Source: a virus
Taxonomy: Duplodnaviria > Caudoviricetes
DNA: 64,000 nucleotides
Strand: one strand, 5' to 3'
Virus record (IMG/VR): IMGVR_UViG_3300033498_000048
Location: 64,001-128,000 of that record
Part shown: in pieces, positions 50,523 through 59,349 of the stretch
How positions within the stretch are numbered: position 1 is the stretch's first letter
How the letters are laid out: the number at the start of each line of letters is the position of its first letter
Position numbers and translations under genes: made by a program
The notes under the pieces: model-generated
What the model was told of the DNA's origin: nothing
Seen by the model: the letters and a program-made list of their open reading frames with translations, nothing else
The model's database searches: none

Positions 50523-51524
50523 TTAAAAATGTATTTTAGATAGTGGAGTTCCCTTGTTATATCTATTAGTTACTGGTTTAATATTACACAATTTAGTAAC
50601 ACATGGATATAATGTAATATCGTTTTCTATTAGATATGATTGTGTAATATCAATTGCGTCCAACATAAACTTACTTCTTGTTGTTATTAGCAATTGACTT
50701 CCAGAAGTATTAGCATATTGTAAATATTCAAATGCCAATTCAAATAGAAAGTCCGAATTAATGTTTGCTTCTGGTGTATCAATAACAATCATTGATTTGT
50801 TTTTTAAATCAAGGACTAGCATATTGAAAAATAGGTTTAATTCCCCAATTGACATATATTTTAAAATCCTATCAAAATGATAATCAATAGGATACATCAA
50901 CATATAATCAAACTTATCACTAAGCTGTGTGCATAATTGTTTAAAGTTTTTTTCTGTGATTAAACTAGAATCAAATTTTGATGTGTCTATGATTTGTATT
51001 CCAAGTAAAAATTGTCTAATAGACCCAATAGTATCTAATGAATCGTTAATATTAAACTTCAATGCCAAATCATCAAATGGATATGGATTGGTGTTAAACA
51101 CTGGAGCGTATGAATAGTTAATCATATCAAATTCATTTACAATAAACTCGATTCCACTAAATGAGTGATATAGAATATAATACGATTTTCCATTGATATT
51201 ACAACCAATAGATTCTTCACGAATAAATACTCCATTTTTAGTGTCAAACCCTATATCTAATTGATAAGATATTAAGTTATCAAATACCAAGTCAAATCTA
51301 ATGAATTGATTATTTCCAAACACATCTTCAATACCACCTCGTTTTGAAATTGCTGTTTTTAAATCTGTAACCAAACAGTCTTGGATAAACGCAATTGTAT
51401 CAATCAATCTCGTTTTGCCTGTTCCGTGTATTCCATACACAAAACTAAGATTATGTGGAATGTCCTTAAGTATCAGTTCACCTAATCCTTTATAGTTTTG
51501 AATTTTTATGTGTTTTAGTTTCAT
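50523..51524 (-). CDS. ABC/AAA_21-family ATPase, catalytically degenerate
   Basis: IKIQNYKG, GIHGTGKT (Walker A), MSIGE, IVIDTPE (Walker B E>T), ITTRS (H-loop H>R). Confidence 0.75.
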   Translation of the reverse strand: MKLKHIKIQNYKGLGELILKDIPHNLSFVYGIHGTGKTRLIDTIAFIQDCLVTDLKTAISKRGGIEDVFGNNQFIRFDLVFDNLISYQLDIGFDTKNGVFIREESIGCNINGKSYYILYHSFSGIEFIVNEFDMINYSYAPVFNTNPYPFDDLALKFNINDSLDTIGSIRQFLLGIQIIDTSKFDSSLITEKNFKQLCTQLSDKFDYMLMYPIDYHFDRILKYMSIGELNLFFNMLVLDLKNKSMIVIDTPEANINSDFLFELAFEYLQYANTSGSQLLITTRSKFMLDAIDITQSYLIENDITLYPCVTKLCNIKPVTNRYNKGTPLSKIHF

Positions 51525-51745
51525 TTTTTGGAACTGTCCAATTTATTTTTTTCATTCGTTAAATCGTTTCAATGATATACCTCATTAAAACCTTTACCCA
51601 TAAGAATAGCACTTTGCTGCAAATTTAATTGCAAAAGACAAAGCTTCTTCATTTTCTTTAAAAGCTTTGTAAAGAGGTGACTCTAATTTTTTTAACTTTA
51701 TTATCAATAGTTAGTCGATTAAGGACAATTGGTCTTTTTCGTTCT

Positions 51746-51928
51746 TCATAATATATCATTCCTATATTTATTTGTAAACTCAACCAAAGCTTCACTTGGA
51801 TTAAAATAATTCGTCACAAACTTTAAACTATCAACGGATGCTCTTCCATCTACAACACCTTGCCAATAAAAGGATTCCATATCTGATTTAGTGTATAGTC
51901 CAAAATACCTTAGTATTCTTTTCAGCAT
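51746..51928 (-). CDS. hypothetical protein
   Basis: ORF track. Confidence 0.45.
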   Translation of the reverse strand: MLKRILRYFGLYTKSDMESFYWQGVVDGRASVDSLKFVTNYFNPSEALVEFTNKYRNDIL

Positions 51929-52167
51929 TAATTTTTAATCCTAATTGATATAGTTGATATAGTACCAAAATAAGTGATTTCACATTCAGCGATAACCATT
52001 CCAGCTAACGTGTCTTTAATGTCATTAACAATAGCAGCTATATTAGCCTGTATGCAGTGAATTAACAATACTTCATTAATTGTACGGTCAAGTGAAACTG
52101 TTGTTCCAGGGTATTTAACAGTTAATTCCAACAACTTACTTTTTATTAACATTGATTCAATATTCAT
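51928..52167 (-). CDS. hypothetical protein
   Basis: ORF track. Confidence 0.5.
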   Translation of the reverse strand: MNIESMLIKSKLLELTVKYPGTTVSLDRTINEVLLIHCIQANIAAIVNDIKDTLAGMVIAECEITYFGTISTISIRIKN

Positions 52168-52563
52168 TTAAATATGGACTCCATTAACATGGTCAACTTC
52201 GTGTTGTGCTATAAATGATGCTAGTCCAGATAACTTATACATTACTGGTTCAAAGTCGGTATTAACTCCTTGTAATGTGACTCGATAGTGCCGTTGCTTT
52301 TTAACTGCTTTGTTTGGAAATGATAAACAACCTTCTTTGCTAGTCTTTTTTTCAAGACTCTTAGCTGTAATTACTGGATTAACTATCGTTACAAACTCAC
52401 CATTAATTTTAACGATAATGATACTTTTAGTTATTCCAATTTGAACTGCTGCAATTCCAACACCATTACCTATATTGTTCAATAATTCCAACTCAATTTG
52501 TTTAACATCGTCATATTCAGTCAACATTTCAGATGGAACGTTAATATAATCATTTGTAAACAT
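52168..52563 (-). CDS. def: peptide deformylase
   Basis: GVGIAAVQIG, EGCLSFP, QHEVDH motifs. Confidence 0.95.
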   Translation of the reverse strand: MFTNDYINVPSEMLTEYDDVKQIELELLNNIGNGVGIAAVQIGITKSIIIVKINGEFVTIVNPVITAKSLEKKTSKEGCLSFPNKAVKKQRHYRVTLQGVNTDFEPVMYKLSGLASFIAQHEVDHVNGVHI

Positions 52564-52592
52564 TTTAACTCCCCGTATTAGTTTATAGTCGT

Positions 52593-52621
52593 ATTATATA
52601 GGCTTAATGATTCAATGTCAA
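52593..52621 (-). promoter_or_regulatory. sigma70-like early promoter
   Basis: Perfect TTGACA-N17-TATAAT abutting element cluster D. Confidence 0.75.
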
Positions 52622-52883
52622 ACAACAAGTTAGCACTTGCAACAATTAGGTAATTAACACTGTCCAAGTGCTAACTCGTTGGTTTAATTGATGATAGTTG
52701 GCTCATAATTAAATCAATAGGTTAGCACTTACATGGGAGTGCTAATTATATAACCGTTCTAAGTGCTAACCTATTGATTTAATTGAGAATGATTGAGAAT
52801 GATTATAGCCTAACAATATCAATGAGTTAGCACTTACAGGTTAGTATTAGTTATATAACTGTTCCAAGTGCTAACCTATTGAT
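52621..52883. repeat. 66-bp dyad element cluster D (3 units)
   Basis: Cores 52639-52665 (27 nt), 52731-52760, 52836-52865; middle unit has perfect 20-bp arms. Confidence 0.95.
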
Positions 52884-52982
52884 GTATAATAATTGACAAG
52901 AATGATAGTAGTGGAACAGTTGTTTTTGTGTGTTAGTCTTCTATTTGTTCCATTTTTAGTTTATTCAACCCATTAGTTTATT

Positions 52983-53372
52983 TTAACTGGAAGTCAACTT
53001 GACAAAAACAGAATCATATTCTTCTTTAAACATCGCAATTTTGTTTTTGATTAGAGTTATATCGTATTCCAATGATGTTATGTGCCTTGCCCTTAACTCT
53101 AGGTAATATAGCTTACATTCTTTTTCATCTGTAAACAAATTTAACTCAGCTCCACTTGTATTACCAAATAACTTTATTTCTTTTTTCGTTACATCTCCCT
53201 TTGAATTGATTACACGAAAACGACCATTATCTCCAACTTGCACGTTTGTTGGAATAACATTTCGTTGTGGATTCTCATTTCCAGTATATGTAAAGTAATA
53301 TGCACATACCCACAAACTCATACCACAAAATTCTTTACCAGTATAAGCATATTCATTAAACTCTAATTTCAT
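52983..53372 (-). CDS. hypothetical protein
   Basis: ORF between clusters D and E. Confidence 0.6.
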   Translation of the reverse strand: MKLEFNEYAYTGKEFCGMSLWVCAYYFTYTGNENPQRNVIPTNVQVGDNGRFRVINSKGDVTKKEIKLFGNTSGAELNLFTDEKECKLYYLELRARHITSLEYDITLIKNKIAMFKEEYDSVFVKLTSS

Positions 53373-53776
53373 TTAATATTCCCTGTGTATCCTAGTAATC
53401 CAAAGTCTAGGATTGTACTTAATAACAAATCACATTCACTATTGGACAACTTAATATAATGTGTTTTAAACTTTCTTGCAATTGCAACAACTTCTTTGTA
53501 TCGGGTTATCATATTTCTTTCAAGTTTTTTAAATTCGATTATATCGGAATATAAACCTGGATTAGGTTTATTATCCTTGTGTACCATGCAATATTTCATT
53601 ATCAATTTATTAACTGAAAATTTGGTAATTTCCATAGCTTTAGTTATATGCTTTGAATTAACCAACTTTACATCTAAGCAATTAGTGTAATTAGTCGATA
53701 AGCGATGTTTTAACTGTTGATACAACTTTAACCTATCAGCTAATGGCATATCAAGTAATTCATATTTTTTGTTCAT
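53369..53776 (-). CDS. hypothetical protein
   Basis: ORF with GGAG RBS and promoter. Confidence 0.6.
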   Translation of the reverse strand: MNKKYELLDMPLADRLKLYQQLKHRLSTNYTNCLDVKLVNSKHITKAMEITKFSVNKLIMKYCMVHKDNKPNPGLYSDIIEFKKLERNMITRYKEVVAIARKFKTHYIKLSNSECDLLLSTILDFGLLGYTGNIK

Positions 53777-53804
53777 TATTTAACTCCAATGTTTTTGTTG
53801 GCGA

Positions 53805-53833
53805 ATTATATTCAGTATTCCAAACAATGTCAA
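53805..53833 (-). promoter_or_regulatory. sigma70-like early promoter
   Basis: Perfect TTGACA-N17-TATAAT. Confidence 0.75.
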
Positions 53834-53855
53834 CGCAATATCGTTCAAACTATAA

Positions 53856-54141
53856 ATCAATGACTTAGCACTTGGAACAGTTATATAATTAAGACCAATC
53901 TGCAAATGCTAACTTGTTGATTCTAATAACATTCATCTAAACTCAATTAAATCAACAAGTTAGCATTTGGAACGGTTATATAATTAAGACCACGCTGTAA
54001 GTGCTAAGTCATTGATTCTTTATAATTGACAATGATTGATAGTGTATAGAATACATATTAACAGGTAAATACAAAATCAATAACTTAGCACTTGGAACTA
54101 TTAGGTAATTATAAGACCTGTCTAAGTGCTAAGTCATTGAT
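53856..54141. repeat. 66-bp dyad element cluster E (3 units)
   Basis: Cores 53874-53903, 53969-53998, 54094-54123, all 12+TAATTA+12. Confidence 0.95.
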
Positions 54142-54155
54142 TTTTGAATAGTGAT

Positions 54156-54485
54156 TCATCTAATATTTTCGTACCAGAATTTAACTCTAGGAGGTTCATC
54201 GAAACACCAAACAGATATTATTTCAGGCATATAGCAATATTCAGACTCAGCTTTACGCATAGTTTTTCCAGACTTTCTTGCTGTGTCAATTATCAATATT
54301 GGACTCAATTCTTTTGGTATTTGTGTTCCATACGGAATAAATGGAACACCTAATAAATATGATGAATATACAGCAGCTATAGCACCACTACGACCTGGAC
54401 CAGTAACACTATTAACTTTCTTTATATTAGACAACTTAGCCTTTAAAACCGTTTGAAATTCAACCTCTGTCACAATTCTACTCAT
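54156..54485 (-). CDS. phosphoribosyltransferase-fold protein
   Basis: GPGRSGAI...LGVP; ILIIDTARKSGKTM (PRPP-loop like). Confidence 0.6.
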   Translation of the reverse strand: MSRIVTEVEFQTVLKAKLSNIKKVNSVTGPGRSGAIAAVYSSYLLGVPFIPYGTQIPKELSPILIIDTARKSGKTMRKAESEYCYMPEIISVWCFDEPPRVKFWYENIR

Positions 54486-54501
54486 ATTTTAGCTTATCCT
54501 T

Positions 54502-54646
54502 AAAATCAATAGGTTAGCACTTGCAACGGTTATATAATTACTAACACGATGCAAGTGCTAACCTATTGATTTTTGTGTGTTAATAATTGACAACGATAAT
54601 AGATGGAACATCCATCTTAACTGGTACATAATTATTAACACATTGG
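54502..54646. repeat. dyad element F (perfect 21-bp arms) plus armless core
   Basis: AAAATCAATAGGTTAGCACTT-N30-AAGTGCTAACCTATTGATTTT (54502-54573); core remnant AACTGGTACATAATTATTAACAC centred 94 bp downstream. Confidence 0.92.
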
Positions 54647-54654
54647 GTTATAGT

Positions 54655-54942
54655 TCATAAGATAATTTGGTATTTCTTTATTTCCTCTCGATAATATTTA
54701 CACATTATCATACCAACATTTGGGTAATGTTCACTTTCAATGATACTCGTATCTAATGCTTGTTGGCAAAATACTATTTCACGTTTAGCTAACTCCAAAG
54801 CATATTCTAAATTTATGTCAGCTAATTTTAGTATAAGTTCGTCCGTGTTTTTAATGTTCCCAAGCTCTGGGTCTACAACTTTAAATGAACATTGTCCATT
54901 AGATGCTTGTTGGAAGTGGAAGTTCCAATCATTTGCGTTCAT
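54655..54942 (-). CDS. hypothetical protein, paralog A (MNANDWN...)
   Basis: Start reassigned to 54942 by homology with 55202-55513 and promoter position. Confidence 0.7.
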   Translation of the reverse strand: MNANDWNFHFQQASNGQCSFKVVDPELGNIKNTDELILKLADINLEYALELAKREIVFCQQALDTSIIESEHYPNVGMIMCKYYREEIKKYQIIL

Positions 54943-54970
54943 ACATACCTCGGTGATAATTAAAAGTGGT

Positions 54971-54999
54971 AATATACATAATATTTCAGCTATTGTCAA
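54971..54999 (-). promoter_or_regulatory. sigma70-like promoter (duplicated at 55544-55572)
   Basis: TTGACA-N17-TATATT. Confidence 0.6.
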
Positions 55000-55006
55000 A
55001 TATACA

Positions 55007-55176
55007 AATCAATGAGTTAGCATTTGCAGTGTGTTAATAATTATATAACTTCTGTAAATGCTAACTCATTGATTGTTAGTAGTTGACAATGGTAGTTCCA
55101 TGTACATCCACTTTAACGGGTTACACATGGAACTATTAGGTAATTAATAACACTATGCAAGTGCTAACCTGTTGTT
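55007..55176. repeat. dyad element cluster G (1 full + 1 lacking left arm)
   Basis: 55007-55074 perfect 19-bp arms; core 55129-55158 + right arm. Confidence 0.92.
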
Positions 55177-55201
55177 TTGCTTATAATTGTATATTGACTG
55201 A

Positions 55202-55513
55202 TTATAGTCTAACTCGCACAATAAACACCCTTTTGAATTTTTGTATTTCACTAGAATAATATTCACACATTATTCTACTAATATATGGGAAGGGGTCTGT
55301 TTTCATTTCTTCCTCATAATAAGATAACCATTTTTCACAAAATACTATTTCACGTTTAGCTAACTCCAAAGCATATTTTAAATTTATTTCAGCCATCTTT
55401 AGTATAAGTTCATCTGTATTTTTAATATTACCGATTTCTGGTTGAATAACTTTAAATGTACATTGTCCATTAGATGCTTTTTGAAAATTATAGTTCCAAT
55501 CATTTGCGTTCAT
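55202..55513 (-). CDS. hypothetical protein, paralog B (MNANDWN...)
   Basis: 49/59 N-terminal residues identical to paralog A (hand count). Confidence 0.7.
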   Translation of the reverse strand: MNANDWNYNFQKASNGQCTFKVIQPEIGNIKNTDELILKMAEINLKYALELAKREIVFCEKWLSYYEEEMKTDPFPYISRIMCEYYSSEIQKFKRVFIVRVRL

Positions 55514-55543
55514 ATTATAAATCCGTTAGTGATTAAAAGTGAC

Positions 55544-55572
55544 AATATACATAATATTGCATCTATTGTCAA
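55544..55572 (-). promoter_or_regulatory. sigma70-like promoter
   Basis: TTGACA-N17-TATATT. Confidence 0.6.
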
Positions 55573-55581
55573 CTACTATAA

Positions 55582-55840
55582 ATCAATACCTTAGCACTTG
55601 TACTGGTCTTATAATTACCTAATACACCCAAGTGCCAACTTATTGATTCTTAACAATCGGATACATGGAACGTTCAAATGCTAACCTAATGGTTCTTAAT
55701 GTTTATGTTATACAAATCAACAGGTTGGCATTTACAACTGGTACATAATTATAAGACCAGTACAAGTGCTAAGGTGTTGATAACTGACAATGGTAGTTTC
55801 CATGTTCCATTCAAAATATAACTCAATAACTTAGCACATG
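55582..55840. repeat. dyad element cluster H (2 units + 2 half sites)
   Basis: Cores 55600-55629 and 55734-55763; half sites near 55676 and 55823-55839. Confidence 0.92.
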
Positions 55841-55910
55841 GAACAGATACACAATTAACTACATTATGCTGTTGATTTATGGTTGGACTGTAATTTAGCC
55901 ATTCCCAAAT

Positions 55911-55918
55911 ACTAAATA
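55911..55918 (+). promoter_or_regulatory. variant T4-type late promoter
   Basis: ACTAAATA 34 nt upstream of ATG 55952. Confidence 0.45.
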
Positions 55919-55951
55919 TCATATACTTTAATTAACGTGGAGATAACACAA

Positions 55952-56767
55952 ATGTTGACATTTAATGATTTTAAAAATTCAACTCAAAGTCAAGATATAA
56001 TTTATAACGAAAACTACTGTGATTACTTAGATGCAATATCATTAATAGAATCATATTATTCAAATCAATTATCTGAAAATATTATCACGGAATTGCCTGA
56101 TAAATTGAAAGATAAATTTGATTTCATTAAATCTATTGCTGATGTGGCAAAGATGGACATTTCAGAACTAATATCTATAATTAAGTTTCCTAGTGTATTT
56201 GAGTTTTTTGATTCGATTAAATTTAACTTAGCTAAGTTTTATAATATATTAAAACAAGGCTATAAATCGTATATTGAATTGGAACATGAAGTTTCTAAGT
56301 TTGCAGCTAATCAAAAAATAATGAAGTGGACCACTGCAAACTTAGAACTATTAGATGATTATTTGATGAATAACAAAGCACTCCACAGAATTACTGGAGT
56401 GGCAGCATCTGGAATCTTATTGTTTATGTGGATGCACCAATCACACACTGGTAACATAGACCACGACTTTAATGCTGATGATATTGTCAATGCTATGAAG
56501 GGGGAATATGAATTAGCAGATTTATTTGGAGGACATGAGGGTGCGAAACGATTGATGTTATTTGCTGTTGGTATCACCGTCCATGTTACATTCCCTTGGC
56601 CCACACCTAGCGATGTAAGCCTTATCATTGGACTAATACGAAATTTGAGAAAAACTATGAAGGTTAGAATCGAAAATGAAAAGGCTAACGAACCACCTAA
56701 ATTAATACCACGACCACATAAGGGAACTACCAGTAAAAAAAGAACTACCGAATCTTTTATGTGGTGA
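55952..56767 (+). CDS. putative late/virion or membrane protein
   Basis: GGAG RBS before MLTFNDFK start (track uses GTG 55937); two short hydrophobic segments. Confidence 0.6.
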   Translation: MLTFNDFKNSTQSQDIIYNENYCDYLDAISLIESYYSNQLSENIITELPDKLKDKFDFIKSIADVAKMDISELISIIKFPSVFEFFDSIKFNLAKFYNILKQGYKSYIELEHEVSKFAANQKIMKWTTANLELLDDYLMNNKALHRITGVAASGILLFMWMHQSHTGNIDHDFNADDIVNAMKGEYELADLFGGHEGAKRLMLFAVGITVHVTFPWPTPSDVSLIIGLIRNLRKTMKVRIENEKANEPPKLIPRPHKGTTSKKRTTESFMW

Positions 56768-56775
56768 TTCCAAAA

Positions 56776-56839
56776 ATCAATAAGTTAGCACTTGCTGGTT
56801 TGTATTAATTATAACACTGTCCAAGTGCTAACCTGTTGA
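56776..56839. repeat. single dyad element I between convergent genes
   Basis: ATCAATAAGTTAGCACTT-N29-AAGTGCTAACCTGTTGA. Confidence 0.9.
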
Positions 56840-56847
56840 ATTACTGA

Positions 56848-57201
56848 TTAGTTTAGTCCAGACGCATACAGTTCAGCAGCTTCTATAAATCCAAGCTCAA
56901 ATTGTATTAATTTTTTAGCCCACAATGGTGCATTCCATGCTGATAAGATGAAGTTTAATATAATGCTATCTATGTGTTTATGGGTAGGTTTTTCTCCAAA
57001 TTGTGTTGGTAAATAATAATCACCCATCATATCCATTGCTAACGCTTTACCAATTTCCTTACTGTACCTATCTTTTTTATTTGAAAAACTATAACCAAAT
57101 CTAATCACATATCTACCTTTTTTATTGGACGTTAATTCAGACGCTATTGTAATAACATTAGTGTGGATTAATCCAGTATTGCCGATGTATTTAAATCTCA
57201 T
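56848..57201 (-). CDS. conserved phage hypothetical protein
   Basis: GYSFSNKKDRYSKEIGKALA motif. Confidence 0.6.
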   Translation of the reverse strand: MRFKYIGNTGLIHTNVITIASELTSNKKGRYVIRFGYSFSNKKDRYSKEIGKALAMDMMGDYYLPTQFGEKPTHKHIDSIILNFILSAWNAPLWAKKLIQFELGFIEAAELYASGLN

Positions 57202-57288
57202 GCTGTTTACTCAATTATTAAAAACTATATTGTACACAAGGACAGTTCAATAAGATGTTGACTGTAGAACTGTCCTTAAACAACCAAT

Positions 57289-57648
57289 TTACGATTTCAC
57301 TCGAACATTCATACAAGTTATACTTCCAGACTCGGAAAATATATTTTTACCAACATCACCTTTAACCTCAACTGAACCTGTAACAGTTGCAACATCACCT
57401 CCAACCGAACCAGTAACGACAACATTACCTGATTGAGTTCTAATAGTTTCAAGTGTTGGACTTGTGACATTGATTGTAATTGATGTGTTAGGTTTAAAGG
57501 CAGTGTGGATTTTACCATCAACTAAAACCTCATTATCTGTTACAAACACACGATTACCGTTAGTGACATTTACAATAGTGCTATTGTCTCCAAAATTAAT
57601 ACTTCCACCTGTTACATTACCTATAAAAGTTTGTTTCCGTTCTGACAT
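57289..57648 (-). CDS. beta-helix/DUF4097-like small protein
   Basis: SGNVVVTGSVGGDVATVTGSVEVKGDVG repeats. Confidence 0.6.
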   Translation of the reverse strand: MSERKQTFIGNVTGGSINFGDNSTIVNVTNGNRVFVTDNEVLVDGKIHTAFKPNTSITINVTSPTLETIRTQSGNVVVTGSVGGDVATVTGSVEVKGDVGKNIFSESGSITCMNVRVKS

Positions 57649-57677
57649 ATATTACCTACATTAAATTAATTAAATTA

Positions 57678-57729
57678 ATAAGTTAGCACTTGAACGATTT
57701 GATAAAAATAATCTGTCACAAGTGCTAAT
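57678..57729. repeat. degenerate dyad element J
   Basis: ATAAGTTAGCACTT-N28-AAGTGCTAAT; core diverged. Confidence 0.75.
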
Positions 57730-57732
57730 AAA

Positions 57733-59016
57733 TCACCTCTTAGCATCATATTCTGGATTAATGAACTTACATGATAAGTTATTTGTTTCCATCGTTCTAA
57801 CCACAATTCCTTCGATTATTTCACCATTTTTCTTGTGTTCATCAAACATCAACTGGACAGTATTACACAAGTCTTCATAACTATGTGGGGTAATTACCGT
57901 TGTTGGAACAACTGGTAGATTTAAGTCTTTAGCAACATTCCACAAATCGTAACCATTCAAACGAATAGCATTGGGACCAGATACATCATCCAAACCAAAC
58001 AATATCAATCCTTGTTCTTTTTTAGAATGTGGATTGTGTTTGTTTCCAGAACCTTTCAATCCCTTACCATAAATCTCAGCTCTAAATGCCAATTCCAAAT
58101 CATTATCTAAACAGTATTGATACCCCTTATCTAATAACCCAGATGATTTTGAAATATCAACCCATGAGTCCTTATAAGCTATTTCAATTGGAGTTAAATC
58201 ACTAACATTATCATTGGTTCTAAAATCTCCAGTTTCTTCGCACAACCATCCCCTAGTATTGTCAGCAAAATGCTTTCTATAGGGTTTAAACTCATTATCA
58301 ACATAATGGGAAACAACTGTGGGGTTTAATTTTTTCAAAAACATTCTGGAACACACAAAAGGCTTCAATTCACCGTTGATTTTTTTGAATGCAACTGTTA
58401 AAGATGAACCATCCACTTTCAAAGACAACCCCAATGGCTCTCCACGCTCAATAACCATTTTTATGTGATTGACGATGTTTTGATACATAATTTCATCTGT
58501 TTTGTACATCCAATATGGAAAATCACCTTGAATTAATCCATTAGATTGTGTTGAAGGTTCAGGCTCTTCATACTTCACAATTTCCAAGGCTTCAGTCAAG
58601 TTACAATCACCAATATTAATTCCCTTATTAATTAAATATGATTCAACTAATTGGAAAGATAATAAGATTCCAAAAGACCAAATCGGTTGAATATCATCCT
58701 CAAATGAAAATGTAAATTTAGACGATTTAATCCTATTGTTCGTTCCTAATCTAGTTCGTTTTGGTTCACCACCTGGAGCTATAAATTCACTAAATAACTC
58801 TGTGTTAGGAACACAATAATCTGGTTGAATGAAAATTGCCTTATCTCCAATTTCATATAATCCGATTTGTGCAATTAGATTAAATCCACAAGTTTCACCT
58901 GTTCGGTCAAATGTGAATCTAACAACTTCAATGTTAGTAGCTGCTTCGCCGTTTTTTTGAATTTTTAAATTTTGATTAATTGTAACCAGTTCTACTGGAT
59001 TAACTTCATTTGTCAT
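57733..59016 (-). CDS. RNA ligase (Rnl2/DRB0094-like) with N-terminal OB-like domain
   Basis: FIQPD, SLKVDGSS (motif I), RAEIYGKG, IEGIVVR, KFINPEY. Confidence 0.85.
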   Translation of the reverse strand: MTNEVNPVELVTINQNLKIQKNGEAATNIEVVRFTFDRTGETCGFNLIAQIGLYEIGDKAIFIQPDYCVPNTELFSEFIAPGGEPKRTRLGTNNRIKSSKFTFSFEDDIQPIWSFGILLSFQLVESYLINKGINIGDCNLTEALEIVKYEEPEPSTQSNGLIQGDFPYWMYKTDEIMYQNIVNHIKMVIERGEPLGLSLKVDGSSLTVAFKKINGELKPFVCSRMFLKKLNPTVVSHYVDNEFKPYRKHFADNTRGWLCEETGDFRTNDNVSDLTPIEIAYKDSWVDISKSSGLLDKGYQYCLDNDLELAFRAEIYGKGLKGSGNKHNPHSKKEQGLILFGLDDVSGPNAIRLNGYDLWNVAKDLNLPVVPTTVITPHSYEDLCNTVQLMFDEHKKNGEIIEGIVVRTMETNNLSCKFINPEYDAKR

Positions 59017-59019
59017 ATT

Positions 59020-59349
59020 TTATTCCTTAATGTGGTTTTGATACCAATCTTTATATTTTGTATATTGTGCTGTTGCATCTGAAAAATTGTAAATGTTACC
59101 TCCAATTTTAATATACTCAGCAAACTGGTAAATATTCATTTTTTCAACTGTTGGAAAAAATAATACTACTAATTTATTATCACGAATAAATACTCCAGAA
59201 ATATAATCTTTATTCACATTCAACAAGTCTTGTAATATACTTTCTTTTGAATCATATCTTCCAGTTCCTACATATGTCGTGAAATATTCATAACTACAGG
59301 GGGTTAGCATTGTGATTGTTCCTTTTAAATTTAGTGTTTTTATGTCCAA
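59020..59349 (-). CDS. hypothetical protein
   Basis: ORF track. Confidence 0.55.
   Translation of the reverse strand: MDIKTLNLKGTITMLTPCSYEYFTTYVGTGRYDSKESILQDLLNVNKDYISGVFIRDNKLVVLFFPTVEKMNIYQFAEYIKIGGNIYNFSDATAQYTKYKDWYQNHIKE

Noticed and set aside
52783-52804. 10-bp tandem repeat TTGAGAATGA x2
   Set aside because: Probably a slippage duplication in a linker (it explains the 105-bp spacing); not an independent feature
53856-54141. TIGR-like dual-spacer guide RNA array (two variable segments around a conserved loop)
   Set aside because: The 12-mers recur between copies rather than being unique, no box C/D motifs or Nop-domain gene recognised, both polarities occur, and helical phasing favours a DNA role; not fully excluded without small-RNA data
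54502-54573. Protelomerase telRL or Rho-independent terminator identity for single elements
   Set aside because: The centre is not a continuous palindrome as in telRL, copy number is high, and arms are AT-rich with a 30-nt loop and no consistent U-tract
57238-57277. 11-bp inverted repeat AAGGACAGTTC/GAACTGTCCTT with 18-nt loop
   Set aside because: Single occurrence unrelated to the main element; could be an operator or hairpin but there is no supporting evidence
52621-57729. Canonical integron attC array
   Set aside because: GTT of the core is not invariant (CTTAGC, GATAGC, GTTGGC variants), no extrahelical-base pattern, isolated copies show the unit is arm-N30-arm rather than RYYYAAC...GTTRRRY, and no IntI recognised
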